Counted from the first letter of the stretch, positions 9,785-19,169 are shown. The stretch is DNA of 64,000 bases from Alkalispirochaeta sp. (GCA_965242725.1 CBDESZ010000017.1:52556-116555); one strand, 5' to 3'. Numbers and translations are program-made. The notes: generated from the sequence alone by a model not told the origin.

Positions 9785-10171
9785 TCAAGAACGGGATGCA
9801 TTATAGTCGCGGACTGATTTTGTGATCATATCCAGAAGCGAATCGTCAAGCTCTCCCCGCTCCTCCTGCAGGCGGAGTATGACCTCTTCAGGTACGGGAC
9901 CGGCGTCACCATAGAGGATTGCCGTCGCTTTCCAGGGACGTCCGCGCCCGTCGTCGCCGCTGGAGACATAATGACTGCTACGTTTGTTTCGATGCCACGT
10001 AAAGGCGCGCTCGACCTTGTTGCGGTTATAGCAGAGCTGAAATCCCACAAGCTCCCCCGCTGCCGATTCGTACCAGACGATCACATCAAAGAAATCGTTC
10101 ACAAACCAGCGTCGAAATCCTTCGTCCGGTCGCTGTCGAACACCTTTATGTTCCACCAGGGGCTCACTCAT
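9785..10171 (-). CDS. Hypothetical protein (~128 aa)
   Basis: MSEPLVEHKGVRQ...RRWFVNDFFDVIVWY...GFQLCY; fills the gap between asnA and hpt in the same orientation. Confidence 0.65.
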   Translation of the reverse strand: MSEPLVEHKGVRQRPDEGFRRWFVNDFFDVIVWYESAAGELVGFQLCYNRNKVERAFTWHRNKRSSHYVSSGDDGRGRPWKATAILYGDAGPVPEEVILRLQEERGELDDSLLDMITKSVRDYNASRS

Positions 10172-10247
10172 GGTGTAATAATACCGCACATTTCGCCCTT
10201 TGGCGTCGTCAACCCCGGTTGGAATGGACGCCTGCCGGGCGGATGCG

Positions 10248-11288
10248 TTACAACAGCGGGATTCCGGCGGAACGGCACGCCTCTTCCATCTCCGGCGGCC
10301 ATATTCCGGACTGTATTTCGCCGATATGGGCCTTTCGCAGATAGAACATGGCGAGACGACTCTGACCGATGCCGCCGCCGATAGATAAGGGAAGGTCGCC
10401 CGCAAGCAGACGTCGGTGGAAAGACAGTTCCCGCCGCTCCTCAACGCCGCGAATGGTCAGCTGCCGCTCAAGGGCTTCACGGTCAACACGGACACCCATG
10501 GACGAGAGCTCAAATGCCATGTCGAGGACACGATTATACACGAGAATATCGCCGTTCAGCCCGCGATAGTCCGGCGCAATTTCGGTTGACCAGTCGTCAT
10601 AGTCGGGAGCACGTCCGTCATGGATCGAACCGTCGCCGAGGGCACCGCCAATACCGATGACAAAGACCGCACCATGTTCCCGACAGATCTCCCGCTCACG
10701 TTCCTTGGGCGCAAGTCCGGGATAGCGGCGACGGAGATCTTCGGCGTGGATAAAGGTAATCCCCCGCGGCAACTCCGGCGTCAGCTCATCATATTCATGA
10801 CAGATGTGACGTTCGGTTCTGCGGATCACATCGTAAATGATCTCCACCGTCTCTTTCAGCGTTTCTATGGTTCGTTCTTCAGGTGTGATTGTCCGTTCCC
10901 AGTCCCACTGGTCGACGTATATTGAATGGGTGTTGTCCATGGCGTCGTCCGGTCGGAGGGCATTCATGTCCGTATACAGTCCCTCTCCCGGTTGAAAACC
11001 GAGGTCACCAAGGGCGACCCGTTTCCATTTTGCCAAAGACTGAACGATTTCCGCCTCACGGTCGCCGAGACCGCCGATGTGGAAGCGAACGGGGCGCTCG
11101 ACCCCGTTGAGATCGTCATTGATACCGGTCCCCGATTTTACGAAAAGCGGTGCCGTTACACGAATGAGGTTGAGCTCATAGGCCAAGGCGGTCTGAAATG
11201 CGTCCTTGATCGTCTGTATCGCCCGCTCAGTGTGGCGGGCGTCCAAAATCGGAACATACCCCGGGGGAATGATTAACGTGTCGCTCAT
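10248..11288 (-). CDS. asnA: Aspartate--ammonia ligase (asparagine synthetase A)
   Basis: NDDLNGVERPV, VQSLAKWKR, HSIYVDQWDWE, HDGRAPDYDDW, SIGGGIGQSRL. Confidence 0.97.
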   Translation of the reverse strand: MSDTLIIPPGYVPILDARHTERAIQTIKDAFQTALAYELNLIRVTAPLFVKSGTGINDDLNGVERPVRFHIGGLGDREAEIVQSLAKWKRVALGDLGFQPGEGLYTDMNALRPDDAMDNTHSIYVDQWDWERTITPEERTIETLKETVEIIYDVIRRTERHICHEYDELTPELPRGITFIHAEDLRRRYPGLAPKEREREICREHGAVFVIGIGGALGDGSIHDGRAPDYDDWSTEIAPDYRGLNGDILVYNRVLDMAFELSSMGVRVDREALERQLTIRGVEERRELSFHRRLLAGDLPLSIGGGIGQSRLAMFYLRKAHIGEIQSGIWPPEMEEACRSAGIPLL

Positions 11289-11373
11289 GTTGCGACTATA
11301 TCAGATCACCCGCCCGGGGGCGAGGAGGCCTTCCGATGACGGAGATCCGTCAATCACGAAAGGCCCACGATCG

Positions 11374-12981
11374 CTATCGCCGGGCCGCCCCCAACAGGCC
11401 GATATGCTTTTCAAAGTGGTGTCGCAGCATCTCAGAGTATTCGTTCTCGAAATGGTGCAGGGAAGCGTACAGCTTCCGCCGCAATTCCTTGTTTTGAAGG
11501 ATACCGCCATAGGAAATATGGAGCATCTGCCGGGCATTTTCGTCGTCCAGGTACGCAGGCAGATCCCCGTCGGACTGCCGATCCAGCGGTGCAATCGCGT
11601 CGAAGTCGGCGGTTATGTGGTAGAAGTTGAGCGCCGTCGGATAGTAGGAAACGGCAAAGGCGTGGATCTCCCTGTAAAGGTCCGGCTCATTGACGGCAAT
11701 CGTACGCAGCGCCTCGAGCCAGCTTGTACCGGAGGTCTTGAGGTGCAGTCGCATACCCGTCTCCCGTCCCACCACGGGATAGACTGAAAATTTGTCACTT
11801 CCGGAATGGACTGAAATCTTATAGTGACCGTACTTCTGCGCGATAAGACAGTGAACGCGGAACTGCGTCTCAAATGTATCAAGATCACCGATATAGTCTA
11901 TCGCCTTCTGAAACTCCCCGATAAACCGGGGCGCGAGGCTGTTGACGAGGACTCCCCGATGCTGCAGTTCCCGGGCGATGAACAGGTGATGCGCGGGGAG
12001 CGTGGGCGTCGTCGTTTCGTCTATCGAAATCTCCAGGTCATAGGCCCCTCCGGTGATCTCGTCGAGGTGGTCATTCACCTCCCGGCTGAACGATATGGCA
12101 GGACCGTACATCACGGCACATCGCTTTGCCTCAAGGGCGGAAAACGAAATGGTCACCCCCTCGTCCAGCCTATACGTCTCGTCGCAATACTCCGAAAGGA
12201 CCCGTGCCCGAAAGGTCTCGTCCAGTTCCAGGAATCCCTCTTCTATTTCCGCTTCACTCCACTCGGCAACGTCCGGGCGCATGACCTCCGTCAAATCGAG
12301 GGTTATCATCGGCATCGATGCCGCGAGTGCAACATCGATGGAGGGTATGTTCTTGAGATGGTCACCGTCGGCACCGTAGCCGTCACGATATCCTTCTTGA
12401 AAGACGCACCATGTCGCGTTTGCCACCACATCGTCAAAGGTACGACCGATGAAGTCGTTTTCCCGTACGCTCTGCTGGGCGAACACGGGGGAGATATCAA
12501 ATTGTCGCGCCGCCCTGATGTGGCCCGCAGTTGCGATACCGAGGCGGTCGCCCATGCCGACAGTCGTTTTCCGCTCCCGCAGCGACGCCGGCTTCGTCCA
12601 GGGAAAGAGCTCATGAAGGGCGCGGGCGTTCTCCACGCTCAGCTCCGCCGTGCCGAGCCACATCCCGTCGGAGGAGTGTTCCGCCAGGCGAAGAGACCCG
12701 ACGACATCGTCGTCAGGTCTGGCGGTGGACGCCGCGAAGAAGACGCGTGCGCCCTCGGGAATGTCGATATCACCGTCGATAAGAGCGTCGAGGCCGTATC
12801 GCGCCATTCCGTAGAGCAGTCCGTCCTTCCAGGTGAGACTGCGCATATAGATCTGAACCGGCTCGTCGCCCAGGAGGGGACTTTCGGATGGGGAGAGTGC
12901 CGCAAGGCGGCGATGCAGACCTTCCTGTACACCGGGATCCAGAAGATTTTCATTCTTGATACATGTAATGAGCTCGTTCAT
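11374..12981 (-). CDS. uxaE: Tagaturonate/fructuronate epimerase
   Basis: GMGDRLG, FAQQSVRE, YGADGDHLK, EISIDET, SLAPRFIGEFQKAID, SVHSGSDKF, HLKTSGTSWLEALR. Confidence 0.92.
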   Translation of the reverse strand: MNELITCIKNENLLDPGVQEGLHRRLAALSPSESPLLGDEPVQIYMRSLTWKDGLLYGMARYGLDALIDGDIDIPEGARVFFAASTARPDDDVVGSLRLAEHSSDGMWLGTAELSVENARALHELFPWTKPASLRERKTTVGMGDRLGIATAGHIRAARQFDISPVFAQQSVRENDFIGRTFDDVVANATWCVFQEGYRDGYGADGDHLKNIPSIDVALAASMPMITLDLTEVMRPDVAEWSEAEIEEGFLELDETFRARVLSEYCDETYRLDEGVTISFSALEAKRCAVMYGPAISFSREVNDHLDEITGGAYDLEISIDETTTPTLPAHHLFIARELQHRGVLVNSLAPRFIGEFQKAIDYIGDLDTFETQFRVHCLIAQKYGHYKISVHSGSDKFSVYPVVGRETGMRLHLKTSGTSWLEALRTIAVNEPDLYREIHAFAVSYYPTALNFYHITADFDAIAPLDRQSDGDLPAYLDDENARQMLHISYGGILQNKELRRKLYASLHHFENEYSEMLRHHFEKHIGLLGAARR

Positions 12982-12982
12982 T

Positions 12983-14407
12983 TCATACCTCCCTGGGAAC
13001 ATCGTCGATCCCGAAATAGTCGTGGGCGTTGTACCAGCAGATATTCCGCACCATATCACCGAGAAGGTTCATGTCGTGCGGCGCTTCCCCGTTTTCAACC
13101 CATCCTCCCACAATGTCACAGAGGATGCGCCGGAAGTATTCATGGCGGGGAAAGCTGAGGAAGCTGCGACTGTCGGTGAGCATGCCGATAAACCGGCTCA
13201 ACAATCCGAGGTTGGCCAGACTGGTCATCTGACGGATCATTCCGTCTTTCTGGTCGTTGAACCACCACCCCGAACCATGCTGAATCTTACCGGGAACCGT
13301 GCCGTCCTGAAAGTTCCCGATCATCGTTGCGAGCAGTTCATTGTCCCGCGGGTTGAGGCCGTACACGATCGTCCTTGGCAGCTTCTCTTTTTTGTCCAAT
13401 CGATCAAGAAAGCCCGCCAGCGGCGCCGCCATCGGTCCGTCCGCAATGGAGTCAAATCCTGAATCGGGACCAAGGGCGTTGAACATCCGGCTATTATTGT
13501 TTCTGAGCGCACCGATGTGAAGCTGGAAGACCCAACCACGCTCTGCATACTCCTCGCCGAGAAACTCAAGGACCGCCGTGGTGAAGGCATCTATCTCACG
13601 CTGTTCCGGAACCTCTCCTTTCAGGGCGAGAGCGAGGGTTCGATCCAGGGAGCGCTCCGTATATTCAGTGTTCACGGGAAGGATGAGCGCATGGTCACTG
13701 ACGACACATCCCGCCTCGGCGAAGAAGGTGATCCGTCGACGAAGCGCCTCTTTGAGGTGCTGAAATGTGGTAATCCCGTCAAGGTTGGCCGTCGCCGCCA
13801 GCCTGGTGATCCACTCGCTGAACGCAGTCGGGTCTGAGAGGCCATACGCCTTGTCGGGACGAAAGGTCGGACGGACAACGACGGGATAGTCCGACGCGGC
13901 AAGAGCTTTGTGATGGCGAAGATCGTCCGTGGGATCATCGGTTGTTCCCACGTATCTGACGTTCATGCGGGTCAAAAGGTTTCGGACGGAAAAATCCGGC
14001 GCGCCGATCTGTTCGTTCGCCATGGACCATATGTTTTCCGCCGTTTGAGGTCCCAGTACGTCGGTAATACCGAAGTACCGTTGCAGCTCCAGATGAGTCC
14101 AGTGGTAGAGGGGATTACCTATGGTCTGCGGGACCGTATCGGCCCATTTGAGAAACTTTTCCTTCCACGTGGCGTCGCCGGTTACGAATTGCTCGGCAAC
14201 ACCGTTGCTGCGCATGGCGCGCCACTTGTAGTGGTCACCTCCGAGCCAGACCTGGCCGATATTGTCAAAATGGTGGTCCTCGGCGATAGCTTCCGGCGAG
14301 AGATGGCAATGGAAGTCGTAAATGGGCATTTCCGCCGCGTACCGGTGGTAGAGATCCCGTGCCGTTCCCGTGGTCAGAAGAAAGTCTTCATCCATGAAAG
14401 ACTTCAT
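12983..14407 (-). CDS. uxaC: Glucuronate (uronate) isomerase
   Basis: DFHCHL, GDHYKWRAMR, GNPLYHWTHLEL, WWFND, GMLTDSRSFLSFPRHEYFRR. Confidence 0.97.
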   Translation of the reverse strand: MKSFMDEDFLLTTGTARDLYHRYAAEMPIYDFHCHLSPEAIAEDHHFDNIGQVWLGGDHYKWRAMRSNGVAEQFVTGDATWKEKFLKWADTVPQTIGNPLYHWTHLELQRYFGITDVLGPQTAENIWSMANEQIGAPDFSVRNLLTRMNVRYVGTTDDPTDDLRHHKALAASDYPVVVRPTFRPDKAYGLSDPTAFSEWITRLAATANLDGITTFQHLKEALRRRITFFAEAGCVVSDHALILPVNTEYTERSLDRTLALALKGEVPEQREIDAFTTAVLEFLGEEYAERGWVFQLHIGALRNNNSRMFNALGPDSGFDSIADGPMAAPLAGFLDRLDKKEKLPRTIVYGLNPRDNELLATMIGNFQDGTVPGKIQHGSGWWFNDQKDGMIRQMTSLANLGLLSRFIGMLTDSRSFLSFPRHEYFRRILCDIVGGWVENGEAPHDMNLLGDMVRNICWYNAHDYFGIDDVPREV

Positions 14408-15228
14408 ATATTATCCACCAGAAAACCGCCGTCCACCGGAATGGTAACTCCCGTCACAAATCCAGAGGCCTTTCGGCTTGCCAGATAGACCGTCGCACCT
14501 TCCATATCTTCCATTTTTCCAAAGCGACCGAAGGGCGTCCGGTCGATAATCGCCTGTCCCCGCGCCGTCAATTCTCCCGTCTTGTCGTCCGCGACGAGGA
14601 GTGCACGATTCTGATAGCCAAGGAAAAAGCCGGGAGCGATGCCGTTTACCCGGATCCCGTACCGGGCAAGCTCTTTGGCCGTTCCTTCGGTGAGATTTTT
14701 CACCGCGCTCTTGGCGGCGTTGTATGCCCAGACTCCCGAAAGCGCCTTGTAGCTGGTCATGGATGCGAGGTTGATAATCGACCCCGGTTGTTCCGCAGCA
14801 ATCCACTCGCGGGCAAAGATCTTGGTGGGAATGACGAGTCCCGCGAGGAGGTTGAGGGAGAGAACCTTCTCAAAGTTCTTCACGTCAACATCCACAAAGT
14901 CGCCTTTTCCCGTATTCCCTCCGACACCGTTTACGAGAATCGTCGGCATTCCGAGGCGATCACGGGTCTCCGCAAAAGCGCGCACCACCGCTTCCTCATC
15001 GCCGGTATCGACGGTCACGGCGATCACCTTCTCCGCAGGTACGCCCGTCTCTTTCACAAGTGCGTCAGCCGCTTCCTGAACGGGATGATTTGTGCCCCGA
15101 CCCCAGATCGCCACTCTTGCTCCGGACCGTGCGAGTGAGGAAGCCATCGCGGACGGCAATACCCCGGCACCGCCGGTGACAACGGCGATGTCATCATTCA
15201 ATGAGAACATCTGTTCTACATAATTCAT
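14404..15228 (-). CDS. SDR oxidoreductase, probable D-mannonate/fructuronate oxidoreductase
   Basis: TGGAGVL, YNAAK, NGIAPGFF..QNRALL; overlaps the uxaC start. Confidence 0.8.
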   Translation of the reverse strand: MNYVEQMFSLNDDIAVVTGGAGVLPSAMASSLARSGARVAIWGRGTNHPVQEAADALVKETGVPAEKVIAVTVDTGDEEAVVRAFAETRDRLGMPTILVNGVGGNTGKGDFVDVDVKNFEKVLSLNLLAGLVIPTKIFAREWIAAEQPGSIINLASMTSYKALSGVWAYNAAKSAVKNLTEGTAKELARYGIRVNGIAPGFFLGYQNRALLVADDKTGELTARGQAIIDRTPFGRFGKMEDMEGATVYLASRKASGFVTGVTIPVDGGFLVDNI

Positions 15229-15986
15229 ATAATCTCCTTACGAATAACGTGTACTTTTGCCGCTTCAAGAGCGCGGCATTGCTCCTCACTTCCATTGGTA
15301 ATAAGGATCGAAATATCTCCGGGACCGGCGAAAATGCTGAACGCCTGAATCCCGATCTTTTCTCCATCCGCCACGACGATGCTGGTCCGGGCCGCCCCTA
15401 TTGCGGCAGATTTGACCTGAGACTCCAGACTGTTCTGGGACGAAAACTTGCCGTCGAGTGATATTCCGGTCGTTCCGAGAAATGCGTGGTCAAATTGAAC
15501 GCTTCGCAGCGATTGTTCCGCCCAGGGACCGATAAAGCTACCTGCATCGTGTCGATAAGATCCGCCGACGACAAGGAGCGTAATATTAGGCCGGTCCGCG
15601 AGGATATTGAGCACATTGAGACTGTTCGTCACCACACGTAATTCCATCTCCTCCACACACCGGGCAATGCTTTCACAGGTGCTGCCCGAATCGAGGTAGA
15701 TCGTCTCCCCGTGACTGACCAACTCGCTTGCCGCCTGGGCCAGGTATTCCTTGACTTCCCGATTCTTCGCCTGCCGCGCAGGAAGGGACAGGTCGGGATC
15801 GAAACGCTCCGCGGCAACGGCGCCGCCGTGGGTTCGCCTGAGGTAGCCCTGCTCTTCCAGCAGTGCCAGATCCTTGCGAATGGTTACGTCGCTGACTTCC
15901 AGTCGGATCGACAGCTCGGCGACCCTGATACTTTCACGTGCCTTGATGATTGCGAGTATTGCGTTACGTCGTTCCGATGAAGTCAC
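15225..15986 (-). CDS. DeoR/GlpR-family transcriptional regulator
   Basis: VSDVTIRKDL..LE..G...RTHGGA HTH; LDSGST, VTNSL sensor domain. Confidence 0.93.
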   Translation of the reverse strand: MTSSERRNAILAIIKARESIRVAELSIRLEVSDVTIRKDLALLEEQGYLRRTHGGAVAAERFDPDLSLPARQAKNREVKEYLAQAASELVSHGETIYLDSGSTCESIARCVEEMELRVVTNSLNVLNILADRPNITLLVVGGSYRHDAGSFIGPWAEQSLRSVQFDHAFLGTTGISLDGKFSSQNSLESQVKSAAIGAARTSIVVADGEKIGIQAFSIFAGPGDISILITNGSEEQCRALEAAKVHVIRKEII

Positions 15987-16007
15987 TTACGTTTCCTTTG
16001 CAAAAAC

Positions 16008-16036
16008 ACACTATCCCGAAAGTAACACGCTGTCAA
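16008..16036 (-). promoter_or_regulatory. Sigma70-like promoter of the deoR-SDR-uxaC-uxaE operon
   Basis: Minus strand TTGACA (16031-16036), 17 nt, TAGTGT (16008-16013). Confidence 0.6.
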
Positions 16037-16046
16037 ACCATGTGAA

Positions 16047-17327
16047 GTATTCATAAGCCTGTTGATACGGCCGCCAGGAGATCCCGGGCCGCATACCCGG
16101 GAACCCTGACGGTCGTACCTTTCTGCCCCTTCTTCCACCGCACCGGCGGCGTCGCGACCTGTGCAAGAAAGACCTCCCGGATCGATTCCGGTATCGCCTG
16201 CCGGGTCACCCGGTATCGTCGGGTATAGAACCGTTCATTCAACCCGCGGATCAATTCCGACGAGATCCCCGCCGCAGAGGCGTGACTTCCCATCTCTGCC
16301 CGCTTCTCCCGCCACGGCCGCACGCAGTTATGGTTCCACCCGAATACCCACGCCCGATGCATCTGTATCGTTCCATGACGCCCGAAGGCGATCGTCTCCC
16401 GGGTATGTTCCTTCTCCCGGTGCCGCAACAGCCGGTCAACATAGTTTACCGGAAACAACCGGTTCTCCATCGTCCGCGGGGCACTCCCCGCGGTCCGGAT
16501 ATGCGTCAGCTGCCCCGCCGTCCGGAGATGCCGGTAACAGTCGTTCGACCGGAGAACCGATCGATACACCGGGTGTTCGTCGGTGTCGATAACAATCGGT
16601 GCCGTGCAGGTATATCGGACATAGTCGAGTATTTCACGACACAACAGAGAGATAGCGCTCCCCACCGCCCCCTTCGTCGGAGACCATACGGCGTACTTTC
16701 GCCGCCGTCGTCGTCGTTGTCGGGATGTCATGGTACCGCCCCGACGGGTGATGGTATGGGTCATGGTCAGGATCATCTCACCGGTTCGACTGACCACCGT
16801 GGTAATATCGCAGGGGTAGTCCTGGGAGGTCACGAATGACCGCAGGCCGTCGAAGACGACATTCCGGAGGGGTGGCATGGTATCCAGCAGATGGATATGC
16901 CCGATCATTGCCTGACGACCGAGGCGCAGAACGGCGTTTCGTATCGCTGCCGGAGAGACGTGGTAGCGAGTCGCCGCTTCGCGCATGGAAGCGCCGCCGG
17001 TGAGGGTGGTGGAGATCGCCTTGAGGGGGAGGCGTCGTTTGGCGTAGTAGTGCATGGATTCGGTCTGATCACTGAAGGTCTTGCCGCAGGCGATACAGCG
17101 ATAGCGCGGGACGGTTCCGTGGGCCACTGTATCGTAGGAGCCGAAGCGGACGCGCCAACGGGGCGGCGGATGGTGGAAATGGCGACAGGCAGGATTGGAA
17201 CAATGGGTCGGAATGGGCATGAGGGATACCTCCGGGGTACGGATCGGGAACCCGCAAAGTTGGGTTCCCGTCATAACTCCCTACACACCAATGACTACTG
17301 TCACTTTTTCAACACGCTTGTGAATAC
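16047..17327 (-). mobile_element. IS1-like insertion sequence (~1.28 kb) with terminal inverted repeats
   Basis: Left TGAAGTATTCATAAGCCTGTTGA (16043-16065) versus reverse complement of 17309-17331 TGAAGTATTCACAAGCGTGTTGA: 21/23 identical. The repeats flank a single transposase-like ORF. Confidence 0.8.
16051..17220 (-). CDS. IS1-like transposase (Zn ribbon + HTH + RNaseH-like DD[E] domain in one ORF, 389 aa)
   Basis: CSNPAC...RYRCIACGKTFS Zn ribbon, GASMREAATRYHVS HTH, VFDGLRSF, IDTDEH, VNYVDRLLRH, HNCVRPW; GGAGG RBS before ATG 17220. Confidence 0.8.
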   Translation of the reverse strand: MPIPTHCSNPACRHFHHPPPRWRVRFGSYDTVAHGTVPRYRCIACGKTFSDQTESMHYYAKRRLPLKAISTTLTGGASMREAATRYHVSPAAIRNAVLRLGRQAMIGHIHLLDTMPPLRNVVFDGLRSFVTSQDYPCDITTVVSRTGEMILTMTHTITRRGGTMTSRQRRRRRRKYAVWSPTKGAVGSAISLLCREILDYVRYTCTAPIVIDTDEHPVYRSVLRSNDCYRHLRTAGQLTHIRTAGSAPRTMENRLFPVNYVDRLLRHREKEHTRETIAFGRHGTIQMHRAWVFGWNHNCVRPWREKRAEMGSHASAAGISSELIRGLNERFYTRRYRVTRQAIPESIREVFLAQVATPPVRWKKGQKGTTVRVPGYAARDLLAAVSTGL

Positions 17328-17328
17328 T

Positions 17329-19149
17329 TCAAACATTACGCGGTAAGTCGTGTCCCGCTTCCAGCGGATTCTGGGCCTCATAGGGAGAAAGGTAAACCCG
17401 CGGCCGCGGCCGGACGACGATCTCCTCACACACCCGGGCGAGGCGCAGGAGGAGAGCCTCCTCCCAATGGCGTCCCATAAACTGGACCCCGACGGGGACC
17501 TGAGAGTAGATATTGCCGTCCTCGTCGGTTTCGTCAATTTCGTGCCAGAACTTCTTGCTCCGGGCGGTGATAAAACCGGCGGGAACGGAGACCGCGGGAT
17601 ATCCCAGCATATTTGCCGGCACGACGTATCTCATCGTCCTGGTCAACGACGAAAAGTCGGAGACCCCCGACAGGAGGCGGCTTCGATGCAACCGGGGAGG
17701 CAGGTTGGCCGTCGTTGGCGTGGCGATGACATCAACATCGGCAAAGACATTCCGGAAAATTGTAAGCATCCGATTCCGCACCTGCTGCGACTTGATGTAA
17801 TCGCCCGAGGTCAGGTACTTCGCGAGGGCAAGACTTGCCCTGCTTTCATTACTGAAGTCGGTACGGTGATCCTTGAAGGTATCAGAAAGAGCAGCACGCA
17901 TCTCCGTCGAAATGGTGATGAGGTGGGCGATACGTAAGCTGTCGAGTTCCGGAATATCCACATCCACAACTTTGGCGCCCTGCTTTTTCAATTCGTCTAT
18001 GAGATTGCCGGCGGTATCAACCACTTCCGGACGGGCGTGTTCAAACCACGGCCTATAGACGCCAATCCGCAGGCCCTTAATATCGTCCCGGAACCCGTCA
18101 AGATGCGGTCGGGGACGTCCTTGTGACCGGGGATCGTTCCTGTCCGGGCCTGCGATGGTGAGATACATCAGGGCGAGATCGCGGGCATTTCCCGCCATGG
18201 GTCCGACATTTGAGACCGTCCTGGCGAGAGGAAACTCCCCGCGGTCGCTGGTCCTTCCCATAGTGAGCTTCAGCCCGAAAACACCGCAGTAGGCGGCGGG
18301 GATTCGTACCGAGCCGCCTCCGTCGGCACCAAGGGCGGCGGGGCAGATCCCCGATGCGACGACGCTGGCACTTCCGGAAGAAGAACCACCGGGATATCGC
18401 CACGGCGCATAAGGGTTGACGGGCGTGCCGTAAAATGGATTGAGACCGGTCACACCGAGGCCTACTTCATGCATATTGGTTTTCCCCAGAATGATCGCCC
18501 CGGCCTCGCGAAGGCGTGCGACAACCCACGCGTCCTGTTCGGCAGGATGGAGGGTCAGAAAGCTCGTTCCGAGGGAAGTGTTGTAACCGGCAACATCGAT
18601 TTCATCCTTCACGGCGACAGGAACGCCTTCAAGGATCGAGCGACTGCTCCCTTCGGAAAACCGTCGTTCCGATTCTGTCGCCTGCATTCTAATATCGTCG
18701 GCATTCCACCCGATGAATCCGTACAGGGGAGGATTCCCACTGTCCTGATGTTCCAAAACGTGAATGATCCGGTCGGCGACCTGTCCCGGCCGGAGCGTCC
18801 CGTCACGGTATGCCCGGGCGTAGTCCCCAATGGAGGGGAATATCCAGCTGTCCCGGGGGCGCTGAGTCGTACCGATCATTTCCAGAAGCGATTCGTCGGG
18901 CAAAGGATCGGGAGCTTCCTCGCTCCGTGACCGTTCCGTCGTTGTTCCAGCTTCCGATGGATAACCGGTGGAGTACCACACCGGCGCTTCATCGTACCCG
19001 CGTCGCCGGAACGCTTCGATTCCCATGACCGACAGAAAGAGCCGCGCCGGAAGCTTGCCGACGAAAGGATGTTCCAACAACGACGCGAGAAAAAGCAGCC
19101 TTGCCCCTTCAATACGCGGGGTGTCAATATTTTTCAGGTCATAGGCCAT
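17329..19149 (-). CDS. Amidase-signature enzyme, fatty acid amide hydrolase-like
   Basis: GVPVAVKD (Lys), PGGSSSGS, LGADGGGSVRIPA (Ser-cisSer-Lys triad). Confidence 0.88.
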   Translation of the reverse strand: MAYDLKNIDTPRIEGARLLFLASLLEHPFVGKLPARLFLSVMGIEAFRRRGYDEAPVWYSTGYPSEAGTTTERSRSEEAPDPLPDESLLEMIGTTQRPRDSWIFPSIGDYARAYRDGTLRPGQVADRIIHVLEHQDSGNPPLYGFIGWNADDIRMQATESERRFSEGSSRSILEGVPVAVKDEIDVAGYNTSLGTSFLTLHPAEQDAWVVARLREAGAIILGKTNMHEVGLGVTGLNPFYGTPVNPYAPWRYPGGSSSGSASVVASGICPAALGADGGGSVRIPAAYCGVFGLKLTMGRTSDRGEFPLARTVSNVGPMAGNARDLALMYLTIAGPDRNDPRSQGRPRPHLDGFRDDIKGLRIGVYRPWFEHARPEVVDTAGNLIDELKKQGAKVVDVDIPELDSLRIAHLITISTEMRAALSDTFKDHRTDFSNESRASLALAKYLTSGDYIKSQQVRNRMLTIFRNVFADVDVIATPTTANLPPRLHRSRLLSGVSDFSSLTRTMRYVVPANMLGYPAVSVPAGFITARSKKFWHEIDETDEDGNIYSQVPVGVQFMGRHWEEALLLRLARVCEEIVVRPRPRVYLSPYEAQNPLEAGHDLPRNV

Positions 19150-19169
19150 GAACGATCTCCTTGGAGAAA

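Noticed and set aside
11327..11366. Hairpin between uxaE and asnA as an ncRNA
   Set aside because: Short stem (TGACGG/CCGTCA within GGCCTT/AAGGCC) best explained as an ordinary terminator or stability element.
11824..13158. Long antisense ORFs (also 32448-33680 +, 36092-37474 -, 8368-9231 +)
   Set aside because: They mirror well-conserved genes on the other strand, lack motifs, and are expected in GC-rich DNA.
16700..16725. (GTC)n-like microsatellite in the transposase
   Set aside because: Simply encodes the poly-Arg stretch in frame; too short and impure to suggest phase variation.
16030..17345. Target-site duplication around the IS
   Set aside because: No direct repeat at either candidate boundary; TGAA/TTCA is inverted, not direct.
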